A stretch of 64,000 nt of DNA from an uncultured Gemmataceae bacterium (GTDB lineage Bacteria > Planctomycetota > Planctomycetia > Gemmatales > Gemmataceae). Under the pieces are notes generated by a model. That model saw only the letters and a program-made list of their open reading frames with translations, did not search any database and was not told where the DNA came from. The position numbers were made by a program, and so were the translations under genes. Shown in pieces: positions 1 to 10,708 of the stretch. The DNA is taken from assembly GCA_963750165.1 (NCBI GenBank), contig CAVVPN010000011.1, forward strand, positions 512,001 through 576,000. The letters are read 5' to 3'. How positions within the stretch are numbered: the first letter of the stretch is position 1; each line of letters starts with the position of its first letter.

Positions 1-1289
1 TGACCGTATAGGGCACGCGCGTGCGGACCACCTCGTTGACGTAGGTCGTCACCGGCACGCGCTCGGTAATCATCTGCGGCCCCGCGGCCGGGCCCGCGTT
101 GCAGGTGTCACAGCAGCCGCCCGCGCCGCCGCCGAACATACGACCGCCGAACAAGCCACCGCCACCGAAGAGGCCGCCGAAGAGGCCGCCGCCGTGACCG
201 TGACCGCCGCTGCTGCCGCAGCAGGTGTCGTTGCAGCCGGTGTTGCAACCGGTATTGCAGCCGGTGTCGCAGCAGTCCGTCGTGTTGTGGTGCCGCTGGA
301 ACAGCCGGCGGAACGGCCGATTGTTGCCCTGGCGCACGGGTCACACGGATCGCAGGACGTATAGCAGCAGTTGCCGGCCGGCGGGCAGGCGGACGGGCAG
401 CAGTTGCTCTGCGGGCAACAGTTGCTCTGCGGGCAGGCCGGAGCACACGGCGCGGCCGGGCGCACGGGGCACACGGCGCCGGGCGGCAGACGGTCTTGTA
501 GGTCGTCACCGGCCGGCAGACGGTGTTGCAGACTTCCTTGTAGCACGTTTCACAGACGGTCTTGTAGCAGGTGGTGCAGACGTTCTTGTAGCACGTCTCG
601 CACACCGGCCGGCAGACCGTGCAGCAGACGTTCTTGTAGCACGTCGTGTAGCAGGGCTTGCAGACGTTGACGTGGCAATTCTTGTAGCACGTCTCGCAGA
701 ACTGCTTGCACACCTGATGGCAGGCGATATGGCAGTGCTGTTCATAGCACGGCTTGCAGACCGTGTACGGGCACTCCTTGTAGCAGCACACCGGCACCTT
801 CTTGCAGACCTGGTAAGTGCATTCCTTCCAGCAGGTCTCATAGCACGGCTTGCAGACCGTGTAGGTGCAGTCCTTGTAACAGGTGGTGTAGCACGGCTTG
901 CAGACCGTGTACGGGCAGTCCTTGTAGCAGGTCGTGTAGCACGGTTTCGTGCAGCATTCCTGCACGGTCTTCATGACGGTGCACTGCACGCTCTTCATGC
1001 AGGTGCGGCACTCGTTGCGGTAGCAGGTCTTCTGGACCTGCTGCATGACGGTTTCGTTGACCTGCTTGTAGCAGGTCTGCCAGCGTTTCTCCAGGACGGT
1101 GTCGTACACCAGCTTGTAGCCGGTGCGGCACTGGTTCTGGGCGGAACTGAAACAACACTGTGCGTCGCAACTGGATTGCGGACAACACGAATACGTGGTG
1201 GCACCGCAGTTCTGGGCGTTCGCGGACTGGATAGCCCCAAACAGGGCAACCAGCGCGACGACCAGCGGCGCTCCCAGGCGCATCCTCAT
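1..1289 (-). CDS. Secreted cysteine-rich repeat protein (planctomycete type); frameshifted, 3' end runs off the window
   Basis: Signal peptide (MRMRLGAPLVVALVALFGAIQSANA) followed by 16-aa repeats such as CYTTCYKDCPYTVCKP. Cys-rich coding continues in other frames (CPQSNCCPQSNCC..., then GCNTGCNDTCC...QMITERVPVTTYVNEVVRTRVPYTV) to position 1, implying at least two indels near 480 and 310. Confidence 0.8.
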
Positions 1290-1664
1290 GACTTGGCCTC
1301 CTCATCGGCAACGAGCAAAGGCGAAGGGCCGTGGCCGGGCAATACCCCTTGTGGTGCCCGGCGTGGGCCGCGTTCCCCCTTCTCAACACGATTGACATCC
1401 GTAGACAGTCGGGTCGGGCGGGGTACGGTTGGACTCCGGCAGGTTGGACCCGGTGGGGGGCCGGCGGGGTTGCCTGGCCGCCCCAGTTCGGCGCGATGGC
1501 GTGGTTGACCGCGTCAACGAATTCCACCGCGCCTGGCAATGCTGTTTATCGGCCGGCCCTTATCCGCTCGATCATCGACTGGCGTTTTTACGGCTCTTAC
1601 CGGGTCTGCGCCTCTTCGGGAAACGCCTGGCGTGAGGGGGGTGCGGACTGGGCAAGATGAAGGG

Positions 1665-1725
1665 GTCCGAGCCCGAGCGCCAGCGCGGGGCACGCTTGGC
1701 CCCGCGCTGGCGCTCGGGCTCGGAC
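1665..1725. repeat. REP-like hairpin
   Basis: Perfect 26-bp arms GTCCGAGCCCGAGCGCCAGCGCGGGG / CCCCGCGCTGGCGCTCGGGCTCGGAC, intergenic. Confidence 0.8.
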
Positions 1726-1857
1726 CACGGACAAAAAGACAGACCGGCGGCCTTGCGGGGCCGCCGGTCCAGGGGTAGGTGCGGGGGAATTGGGTCGGGG
1801 TAGGCGACCGCCTGGGGGAAGGCGGCCGTGCGATGAGCTACGGGGAAAAAGGCTCCT

Positions 1858-2055
1858 TTATACCAGTTGCGGAGTGGCACTGCGGCGGTGCAGGTTCTCG
1901 CACAGGCGCCGGCAGCAGTCCAGGTCACGCAGCATGGCTGCCGTCACCAGACGGATCGTTTCGGGATCTTCGGACCATTCCAGCTGTTGTTGACAGGTGC
2001 TCAGATGCTCCAGCATATCTTTGAGCCACAGAAGATTGGAATCGCGTTGGCTCAT
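1858..2055 (-). CDS. Small helical hypothetical protein (65 aa)
   Basis: MSQRDSNLLWLKDMLEHL...; ATG at 2055 preceded by AAGGTGG and an AT-rich upstream region. Confidence 0.65.
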   Translation of the reverse strand: MSQRDSNLLWLKDMLEHLSTCQQQLEWSEDPETIRLVTAAMLRDLDCCRRLCENLHRRSATPQLV

Positions 2056-2288
2056 GGTAATATCCACCTTCTTTTTTTTCGTTGTAGACCTTGCGGTGGT
2101 GGGAGAAGGTAATTGCACGCCGCGTGCCAGTGGCCGGTGAAAAACCACTGCAGCGCCGCAAGTCATTTATCACAGAATGGTTGAGAAATGATTGTCTTTG
2201 GAAGCAAGCGGCGCCGCGGCGTTGTAAAAGTTGCAAGGGGCCAGGAAAAATACCGCGCTCGTGGATCGATTGTATTTTTTTCACACAG

Positions 2289-3983
2289 TCAGGCCCCGTC
2301 TTCCACACCCAACCAGCGCAGCGCCATGTTCAGGTAATACTGGGAGCCCCACTCCAGCAGCGCGGTGACCCCCAGGCCCAGGCCGACCATCGCGGCCATC
2401 GCCGGCCAGTCGTGCCACATCTGGTACTGCCACGGCTCGTGCAGCCGGGCCAGCGCACCGGCGATCAGACCGCCGCCCAGCAGGCAAAGCAGCAGGGCCA
2501 TCAGCATGCCCAGCATCATCGTCCCCAGCAGCGCCCGCCAGGAACTGCGCGAACGACTGGAGTAATACACGCCCAGCGCCGCCGCCCAGCGCACCGTGAT
2601 CCATGCTTGCAACAGTCGCGTCACCATCCACGCCACTTCCGTCACGCCCGTCGTCGCTGCCAGCAGCAGCGCCGGCGTTCCGTAGGCCACCAGCCAGACC
2701 AGGCCGGCACGGTGGACGCCCTGGAACTTTTGCCGCAAGATTTCGGTCACCGTCAACGGCGTCAGCCGCAGCGCCTCCCAGGTGCCGCGCTCGTGCTCGA
2801 CGGTGATGAGGCCGGAACTGCGCACGCCGACGACGAACACCGCCACGACCACCAGCGCGAAGGTGTAGACCAGCTCGCGGCCGATCTGCCAGCCCACCGA
2901 GCCGACGCCCGCGCCCGTCCCAAACCAGACGCCGACGCCGACGCCCAGCAGCGCCAGCAGCGTCAGCTCCACCCAGCGCGGCAGCCGGCGCAGCAGCGGC
3001 GGCGCCAGGCCGGCGGTGTACTGCTCCTTCCAGCACACCGGCCGCTCCGTCACCGGCGGATGGCGGCGCAGATACCAGGCGTCACCGCCCCGGCCCGCCT
3101 GTTCGAGTTGTTTCGCATACGCCGGCCGCAGTCGCCAGACTGCCAGCAGCAGGAACAGCGTGCCGAGACCGCCGTACAGCAGCGCCACCCTGGGAAACAG
3201 CGCCGGCACTTCGAGCCGCTCCACCTCGCTCCAGTACGTTGGCAACAGGGCTGTCGGCCACAGCGCGTCCAGCCACGGGTCCACGACGGTCAGCGTCCGC
3301 CGGGCCGCGTCGGCGACGGCCGGCGGCATTTCTGGTCGGGTCAGGTTGTCGAGTTCCTGGCGCAGCGTCACCAGGACCACGACCGTCAGCAGCACCACCG
3401 CGTACAGGCCGAGGATGGCGGTACGGGTGTTGCGGCTCCAGACGGACGCGAGCAGTGCGGCGGCACTCAGGGCGTAGACCCACAGCACCAGCACCGCCAG
3501 CTGGGCCAGGATGTAGGTCGGCCGGAACGACAGCCACGCTGCCGCGAAGCAGTAGAGCGGCACCCCCGCCAGCAGAATCGCGAGCAGTTGCAGGCCACGG
3601 CCCAGTAGCTTGCCCAGGATGATGTGCCCGGACCAGAACGGCGTCGTGAACAGGTGCTGCAAGGTGCCGCGCGACTTCTCGTCGGTGATGTCGCCGGCGA
3701 CGAACGGCACGCTCACCAGGAACAGCAGCAGATATTGCTGCCACAGCCAGGCGCGGACGAACGTCTGGCTGCCGACGAACCAGTGCTCCTCGGCCCGCTT
3801 CCAGATGGCGGTGGCGCTGAGGTGCGGCTTGGTCGGGTCCTCCTTCTCATGCGTCGCCAGGCCCGGCGAGCAGAGGAAGTAAAAGAGCACGAGCAGCCAC
3901 AGGCCGTAGCCGTAGCGCAGCAGGAGCAGCCAGTGCCGCCGGGTGCCGCGCAGCGTCGCCTGATACCAGATGGGGCCCAGCAT
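2289..3983 (-). CDS. ABC-2 type transporter permease (duplicated permease module)
   Basis: Many TM segments; two related motifs ITDEKSRGTLQHLFTTP and ITVEHERGTWEALRLTP. Confidence 0.8.
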   Translation of the reverse strand: MLGPIWYQATLRGTRRHWLLLLRYGYGLWLLVLFYFLCSPGLATHEKEDPTKPHLSATAIWKRAEEHWFVGSQTFVRAWLWQQYLLLFLVSVPFVAGDITDEKSRGTLQHLFTTPFWSGHIILGKLLGRGLQLLAILLAGVPLYCFAAAWLSFRPTYILAQLAVLVLWVYALSAAALLASVWSRNTRTAILGLYAVVLLTVVVLVTLRQELDNLTRPEMPPAVADAARRTLTVVDPWLDALWPTALLPTYWSEVERLEVPALFPRVALLYGGLGTLFLLLAVWRLRPAYAKQLEQAGRGGDAWYLRRHPPVTERPVCWKEQYTAGLAPPLLRRLPRWVELTLLALLGVGVGVWFGTGAGVGSVGWQIGRELVYTFALVVVAVFVVGVRSSGLITVEHERGTWEALRLTPLTVTEILRQKFQGVHRAGLVWLVAYGTPALLLAATTGVTEVAWMVTRLLQAWITVRWAAALGVYYSSRSRSSWRALLGTMMLGMLMALLLCLLGGGLIAGALARLHEPWQYQMWHDWPAMAAMVGLGLGVTALLEWGSQYYLNMALRWLGVEDGA

Positions 3984-3987
3984 ACGT

Positions 3988-4455
3988 CTAATGATCCTCC
4001 CACCCGGGCAATAGCCTCTGCGGCACCCGCTCGCTGGCGGCTACCCAGATGATGGTCGTTTTCCGCTGCTCCCAGCCAAGGGCTTCCAGGACGAGGGACG
4101 CCACCGCCGTGCCCAGCAACAGGGGCACCAGTAACCATGTCCCCTGCAGATGGGACATGAGGATGTGGTGAAGGGAACCGAACGCCCCGCTGGCAAAGCC
4201 CACAATGATCCCAAACCCCGTCACGCCCAGCGTTTTGACCAGGCTGCGAAAGCTGCTCTGCGCCCACGCCGAACTGTTGAGGCCGGCGAAGATGGCCCAG
4301 CGCTGCACAAACCACAGGAACACGGCCAGCAACACCAGGGCCCCTTGCCAGAACGGCTCGGCACCGGTGAGCAGGGCGGCCGCGACCGGCGGCATCGTGG
4401 CGGCGAGCAGCAGCGGCAGGCAGGCCGCCTGGATGCCCTGGGCCTGTTGTAGCAC
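3988..4455 (-). pseudogene. C-terminal fragment of a paralogous ABC-2 permease
   Basis: Hydrophobic ORF resembling the last third of the downstream permease; its 5' end falls inside a REP palindrome at 4449-4474. Confidence 0.5.
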
Positions 4456-4567
4456 GGTATCCTTACCGTGCTACTCCCCATGACTGAAGGTCTCCTCTTC
4501 GGGCGCCTGAAACTCGGAGGAGACCTTCGGTCGGACCCGTGGCTTGGTCCGGAGACCAAGCCACAAC
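4449..4567. repeat. Composite REP element (three palindromes, GGAGACC family)
   Basis: Reverse-complement homolog of 37928-38044; GTAGCACGGTA-tcct-TACCGTGCTAC, GAAGGTCTCCT...AGGAGACCTTC, GTGGCTTGGTC..GACCAAGCCAC. Confidence 0.8.
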
Positions 4568-4639
4568 ACCGTGAGCCACAACACCGTGACCAAGCCACAA
4601 CGAGAACACCGAACACCGAACACCATTCCGGAGGAATCC

Positions 4640-5265
4640 ATGCCGACCCAGGCCGTCATCGCCACCTGGCCGTTTGGCCAGACGGCGGCGCGCGTGGCGC
4701 TGCCGATGCTGCAAAAAGGCCAACCCGCGCTCGACGCCGCCATCGCCGGCGCCCAGGCCGTCGAGGACGATCCGCGCGTCAACTCGGTCGGCTACGGCGG
4801 CCTGGCCAACGCCATCGGTCACGACACGGTGACGGTGCTGACGCTGGACCAGAAGGGCAACCTCGGCGGCGTCTGTACCACGTCGGGGCCGGCGCACAAG
4901 CTGCCGGGCCGCGTTGGTGATTCGCCGTTGATCGGCTTGGGGCTGTACGTGGACAACATGGCGGGCGCCGCTGGCGCAACCGGCGTGGGCGAGGAGATCA
5001 TCCGCATTAACGGCAGCTTTTTCGTGGTGGAGCACATGCGGGCGGGACGGACGCCGCAGCAGGCGTGCGAGTTGGCGGTGCGCAAGGTCAATGCGGTGGC
5101 AGCGCGGCGCGGCGTCCACCCGGCGCGGGTGGCCTTCCTGGCGCTGAACGTCAAGGGCGAGCTGGGCGCCGCCAGCACGGTGCAGACGAACTTCCAGTAC
5201 GCGGTCAGCGTTGGCGACAAGGTGGAGTTGCGCAGGCGCCAGAAATCCCAGCGGGAAAGCAGTAA
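4640..5265 (+). pseudogene. Glycosylasparaginase / isoaspartyl peptidase (Ntn hydrolase) with internal deletion
   Basis: Motifs SVGYGG, HDT (nucleophile Thr), GRVGDSP and ATGxGE are present, but SVGYGGLANAIG runs straight into HDT. Probable indel near 5230 with the natural stop at 5265. Confidence 0.7.
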
Positions 5266-5270
5266 CACTG

Positions 5271-5343
5271 CCTCCCCGCGGCTCCCGTTTACGGTTCGCG
5301 TGGACTCGGCCCGCGCGAACCGTAAACGGGGACAGCGGGGAGG
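5271..5343. repeat. REP-like hairpin between convergent genes (possible terminator role)
   Basis: Arms CCCGTTTACGGTTCGCGTGG / CCGCGCGAACCGTAAACGGG plus outer CCTCCCCGC / GCGGGGAGG. Confidence 0.75.
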
Positions 5344-5349
5344 CCAGCG

Positions 5350-8300
5350 TCAGTCAAGCACACTGAGGTGCAGCACGACGCCGGTGTCGCGGCGTGGGTT
5401 GTAGCTGGTCAGCGTCGGGGTGTTCCACGGTCCCGGGTGGCCCTGGTAGCGAATGATCTCCCCGGCCGCGTGCGTGTGCCGGAAGACCGCGGTTAGCTGC
5501 GTCGGGGTGGCCGCGTTGTTCACCGCGGTCACCACCACCACCTCCTCGTTGGCGGCGCCCTGGTTGACCACCAGCCGCGAGCCGACCTCCAGTTTGATCC
5601 GGTTGCCGCTCACCGTGAACAACGGCTGCGCATTGTTGAGGGTAATCGTCGTGGTCACCGGCACACCGTTGGTTACGGTGATGTTGTTCACCAGACTGAT
5701 GGTGGCCGACGTGAACGTGGTGCCATTCATGGCGTAGAACGAGTTGTCCACGCCCGTGCGGTCGATGATGGCGAAGAAGCGGTGGCGGAGGTGGCGGTTC
5801 TCGTTACGGTACAGCTCGGCTCCCAGTGTCGCCGGCCTGACCGTCTCGTTGGTCACCTCGAAGAAGCCGACCGTCACCCACACCGCGAAGACGTTGCTGC
5901 GCGTCGTCACGTTGTTGAACAGCTTCGTCAGCAGGGCGTTCTGCTGGTAGGGGTGCGCCGCGCCCGGCACGCTGAGCAGCGGCGTACCGCCGGGGCCCGC
6001 CGCGCCCGCCGTCAACAGTGTGTTGTTGAGACCGATGTTATTCGGATACTGACTGCCGGCCGCGCCGGTCGTGAACCCGACGCTGAACGGGTTGAAGGGC
6101 CGGTCCACCTTGTTGGCGGCCGTGTCCGCCTGGTGGTGCCAGGTCGGGCCGATGGTCCCCGACGTCAGGTTCTGGCTGCGCCAGCCGATCATGTTGCTGT
6201 ACAGCGCCGGCGCCTGTGCCGGGTTGTCGAGCAGGGCGTAAAACACCTCCGGCTCCCAGATGGTGTTGACGTTCACCTTGCCTGGCAGGCGGAAGCGGCT
6301 GGCCGTGGTGTAACCGGCGGCGTTGCTGCCCGTGGTGATGCTGTTGCCGGCGCCGCGGTCGTGCGTCTTGACGAACTCCAGGAAGCGGTAAATGCGGCTG
6401 GCCTGCGTGAACCACGGGGCATAGTGCCCCGAGGGCGGCGCGACGCCAAACTTCTCCGTCAGGCGGTGCGGCGGATAGGCGGAGACGTACAGCAGTTCCA
6501 GCGGGCTGATGAGCGGCCGGTCCAGGTGCGTCAGCCAGTTGAACGGCATCGTCAGGGTGGCGTTGGCAGTCTTGGGCGCCGTGACGGTGGTGCCGTTGAG
6601 ACGGAAGAAGGTGTTCTGCGGCTGGTTTTTCAGCGGCGGGTTGGGAGCCTGCGGCACCAGCTGGGCGGCGTTACTGACGTTGCCGGCGTACGGCTGGCGG
6701 CGGCCCACCGTGCTCCAGGACGAAGGCGGCAGCGGATTAAGGATTTGGCCGGCGACGCCAGTGTACACGTGGGCGTTATTCACCGGCACGTTGGCCAGGA
6801 CATCGACCGTGATATACGGGTTGTAATACGGCATCTGCGGGTTGGGCTGGGAGGGCATGTTCGGGCAGGTCAGCCGTTGCAGCAGCATCGTGACCGTCGG
6901 CGGCAAGATGTTCAGACTCTGTTGCAGCGACAGCGTCTGGGTGCTGATGGTCACGGGCAGGTTCGGATTGCGGCCGGGCAGGAAGTTGGCCTGGGGCCCG
7001 ACCACGTAAAAGCCCGTCTCGCCGCCCGACGGCCCGCTGTAGTTCCCGTTGGCCGGCAGGATGCGTTTCTGGGCGTTGGTGGTACCCCAGCGGTTGAGCG
7101 TGATGAGCATCTGGGCGCCGGTCGGCTGGCCGGTCGTATTGCTGGGGGTGATGATGGTGTTGTTGGCGGCTTGCAAGGCCACCAACAGCTGGTACGGCAC
7201 CTGGATCTGGCCGCCCGGCGGGGTCGTCGGGTATTGCAGCTGCGCGGTGCCGCCGTTGAGCGGGAACGTGCTGCCGGCCGGCGTCGTCTTGAAGGGGTTG
7301 TGCAGCTCCGCCCAGACGTTGAGTTGGTAATGGGTCGCCTTCTTCAGGTTCGCGTTGCCGTTCAGAATCCCGGCGTCGGTGGAGTCGTTGTCTTGCTGGG
7401 CGTAGCCCTCGCTGAGCAGCACGCGCGGCAACTCCGTGCCATAGACCCACTCGCTCTGACCGTTGCGGTTGAACCAGTTGAACGGCGTCATGTAGTCGTC
7501 GTCGTCGAGGTAATCGACGATGTTGACGGCCAGCTGCGCCAGCCAGCGGGCGGCCTGGAAGTCGGTCGGGGCATTTGCCAGGTTGAAGCCGGCCGGAACG
7601 GTCCATTGCGGGTTGTTCGGGTCGCGGGCGCCGGTGGTCTGGATCAGGATGGTGTAAAGGTCCTGGGCCAGCTGTTGCCGCGTCGTCTGGGCGAGGTTGA
7701 ACTGGGCGAGGTTGGCTTTGGCGATCAAGCCCGTGTTGGCGTTAAACGTCGGGTAATCGACCAGTTGGCGGCTGAGGTCGAGGCGGTTCAGGGCGGCGCT
7801 GACGGCACGCCAGGTGTTCCCGTCGAACTCACTGCCGGCCTGCGTGTTGCCGCGCTGGGCGGTGGTGGGGAAGGCGATCGCCGGGCCGGTCGGGAAGGCG
7901 CCATTGGCGACATAGTTGTAAGTCGGGTCGGTGTAGGGGTTGTTCCACACCCAGGGCGTCACGCCGGGCAGTTCGTAGTCAGAGCTGTCGGTGGTCAGCA
8001 GATAGCGCAACTTCTCGTGGTTGGCGAGGAAATTCTGCGGCAGCAGTCGCAGCAACTCGGAGGTCAGGGCGGGGGCGCCCCGGTCGCCGCGGCGCAGCAG
8101 CGCCTCCTGGTTGCTGGTGGGGAACTTGCGGTCAGGGGTCAGCGGGGCGAAGAAGCTGAAGTTCGAGGGGTGGTTGGCTGGCACGAGCGTGGCGTTGTTG
8201 TAGCCCGTGAAGGTCGGGAAGGTGAGGAACTGGCCGGTGGTCGGCAGCACGGGCGGGGTGCCGCTGCCGATGATGTCCACCGGTGCATACCAGGGGCCGA

Positions 8301-9452
8301 GGGCGCCGGCGTCGGCGCCGTGCCGTGCGGGGCGGTGTTGTTCAGGCCGTAGAGGCCGACCTGCGGCAGAGCATTGTTGCCCTGGAAGACGTTATTGAAC
8401 TCGGTCGGCACAGTGCCGAGCCGCGTCAGGTTCATTTCCCAGCGGCCCCAGCCCTGGTTCGACCGGGCCAACATGCTACCGGCGATGTTCAGGTTGATGC
8501 GGTTGTCCAGGTCGATGATGAGCGGCGCGAACAGCATCTTGTAGCGCCGGCCGTCGGGCGCCGTCATGATGGGGGCGTCCAGGTCGATCCAGAGGCTGTC
8601 GTTGCCGCCGACGCCGTAGGCACCGAGGCCGAAGGGGAGGTTGCGCACGTCGCCGCCACGGTCCTCGGGGTAGGGGAAGCCGGGGTTGCCGTTGATGCCG
8701 GCGTTGTCCACCGGCCGCGGCCGCAGCGTCTTGTACTTGCCGCTGGTGTTGAGCCAGTTGCTGGCGGCGGTTGCCTGCTGAGCCAGGCTGCCAAACAGGT
8801 ATTCGCGGTGGAACGATGGCGTCAACACGGTGCCGTCGGAGCGGATCGCCGCCAGGAAGAAGTTGTGCAGGTCGGGGTAGGTGTACGGCACGTTGACGCC
8901 GAAGGTTTGCGTACTCAGCGCCGACGCCAGGTTGGCGCGGAAGCCGATGCGTTCCGGGTCGCGCAGGGGACCACCCAGGCCCTGGAAGAAGGTGTAGTTG
9001 ATGGCCTCGTAGTCATCGATGCCGGTGAGGGCGCCGGCGCCCATGGCGGCGGTGAGGGAGTAGTGCAGCCGGCCGGTGCCGCTGAACGGGGCGCTGCGGC
9101 AGTGCATAATCATCTGCGGCGGGCTGACGGTGGTGTCGAAATCGTAGTCCATGCCGTAGACGGTGCGCAGCAGGGAGTGGCCGCGCAGCGCCGAGTAGGC
9201 GCCACCGGTGTCGTCGCGTTCGTCGTAGATGAGTTTGCCGAGGAAGAAGCCCATGGCCGCTTCGGGATCGATGTCCGGGACGCGCAGGTCCACTGCCTCA
9301 CGGGCGGAGCCGGAGGCGGTCGCCTCGGACTCGGCGTAGGTGACGAAGGCGATACCGGTGATCGCGAACAGCGTCAGCATGGTGATGACGATGAGCAGCA
9401 CCATGCCCGGCCGGCGGCCAGCGGTCGGCGAAAACGGCGGTTGCATTATCAT
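5350..9452 (-). CDS. Giant GspK/PilX-like minor pilin (~1365 aa), split by one frameshift near 8285
   Basis: N-terminal RRPGMVLLIVITMLTLF hydrophobic leader; GspK-like motifs RINLN, IVDYLDDDD, GKVNVNT; ORFs 8139-9458 and 5350-8280 overlap in different frames; last gene of the pilin run. Confidence 0.75.
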
Positions 9453-9468
9453 GGCCAAAGCTCCCTGG

Positions 9469-9572
9469 AGTCATTAGTCATTAGTCATTAGTCGCCAGTT
9501 CCTGGTTTTCAGTCATCAGTCCCTGGTCATTAAATGCTGTCCTGATGACTAATGACTAATGACTAATGACTA
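9469..9572. repeat. Inverted heptamer tandem repeat (AGTCATT)n...(AATGACT)n
   Basis: 3 copies facing about 4 reverse-complement copies, filling an intergenic gap. Confidence 0.85.
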
Positions 9573-10646
9573 TTACAGATCCTGCACCACGCTCGCCTGC
9601 TGCGTCAGGCCGGTCTTCTGATCCCAGATGCGGAGGCAGACTTCCAGGCCCTTGATGACGTACGCGGTGGTCGTGGCCATCTGGCTGCTGTCGAAACTAA
9701 AATCCTCGAAATCGGTCTTGGCCACGGGGGCGCACACCGTGCTGCCCAGCGACGTGGACTTCAGCACGCGCACATCGAACGAGATGACGTTGCTGAGCAC
9801 CAGCGTGGCGCCGCCGAACGAGCCGGCGTTGGCCTGCGTCAGCGCGCCGAAACCGGTCACGTTTCGGGTGGCCGGGTTGAGCCGCCGGTTGGCCTGCGTC
9901 ACCAGATCGCCGGGGTTGTTGAAGACAAGGTTTTTACCGGCCACACGGAAGCTGACGCCAGGATACAGGCTGCGCCGGGCGCTGGGGATCGGGTTGGTCG
10001 CGTTGACCCGAGTGCTGTCGGTCGTCACCAGGAATTGCACCCGGTAGAGCGCGAACAGCGGCGTGCCGGTGGCCACAGTGGGGTCGTTCGGCGCCGTGGT
10101 CGTGCCGGTCTGGACCAGCACGTAAGCCACCTCCGCCCAGGGCGTGGCGAAGGTCGTCGCCTGGTCCTGGAAGCGGGCATCGATGGCCTCGTTGAAGAAC
10201 GTCGTCTGGGCGGCCAGCAGCGTCGAACCGGCCGGCACCGTCGTGTAAAAGACACTGTCCCGGGTGTTGCCGCGCAACTTCACCGACAAGTGCAGGGCGT
10301 GGACACCGACGGCCCGCCAGCAGCCCGGCTGCGTGGTGTTCAGCGCCCCGAACTCGTCCACGGAGCTGGCAGCCTGATAGACGCGGAAAAAGCCCTCGCG
10401 CGCCGGCAAGCTCCAGATATTGGGGTCGCTCAGGCGGCGCTTGCCCTCGAAGTGATCGGCGCTGAGGTCGCGGCGCAACAGGTTGGACGCGCCGCGCAGT
10501 TCCTGCTCCATGTCGCCGTACGCCTTCAGGTCGCGGAACACGTCCAGCCCAGCCGAGAACGCCTGCGACAGAACGACCATGATGAACAGGGTCAGGGCGA
10601 TGACCACCATCATTTCGAGCAAGGTGAACGCACTGCGGTTTCGCAT
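9573..10646 (-). CDS. Prepilin-type N-terminal cleavage protein (PilW/GspJ-like)
   Basis: MRNRSA-FTLLEMMVVIAL type III signal with E5. Confidence 0.85.
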   Translation of the reverse strand: MRNRSAFTLLEMMVVIALTLFIMVVLSQAFSAGLDVFRDLKAYGDMEQELRGASNLLRRDLSADHFEGKRRLSDPNIWSLPAREGFFRVYQAASSVDEFGALNTTQPGCWRAVGVHALHLSVKLRGNTRDSVFYTTVPAGSTLLAAQTTFFNEAIDARFQDQATTFATPWAEVAYVLVQTGTTTAPNDPTVATGTPLFALYRVQFLVTTDSTRVNATNPIPSARRSLYPGVSFRVAGKNLVFNNPGDLVTQANRRLNPATRNVTGFGALTQANAGSFGGATLVLSNVISFDVRVLKSTSLGSTVCAPVAKTDFEDFSFDSSQMATTTAYVIKGLEVCLRIWDQKTGLTQQASVVQDL

Positions 10647-10708
10647 GGCCGGAAATCCTGTGATTCGCGGAAAAGGGTTCGCCTCCAGGAACGGACACGG
10701 GGCTCCGC

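Noticed and set aside
480..1000. CRISPR-like periodic repeats
   Set aside because: The 48-nt periodicity is coding repeat in the Cys-rich gene. There are no unique spacers or cas genes.
8270..8300. Programmed frameshift or phase variation in the giant pilin
   Set aside because: No slippery heptamer or long homopolymer is present, and similar breaks occur throughout the window.
5782..8352. Long opposite-strand ORFs (e.g. 5782-8352, 16037-18184, 37836-40313, 44120-45694)
   Set aside because: Shadow ORFs typical of high-GC codon usage, lying opposite well-supported genes.
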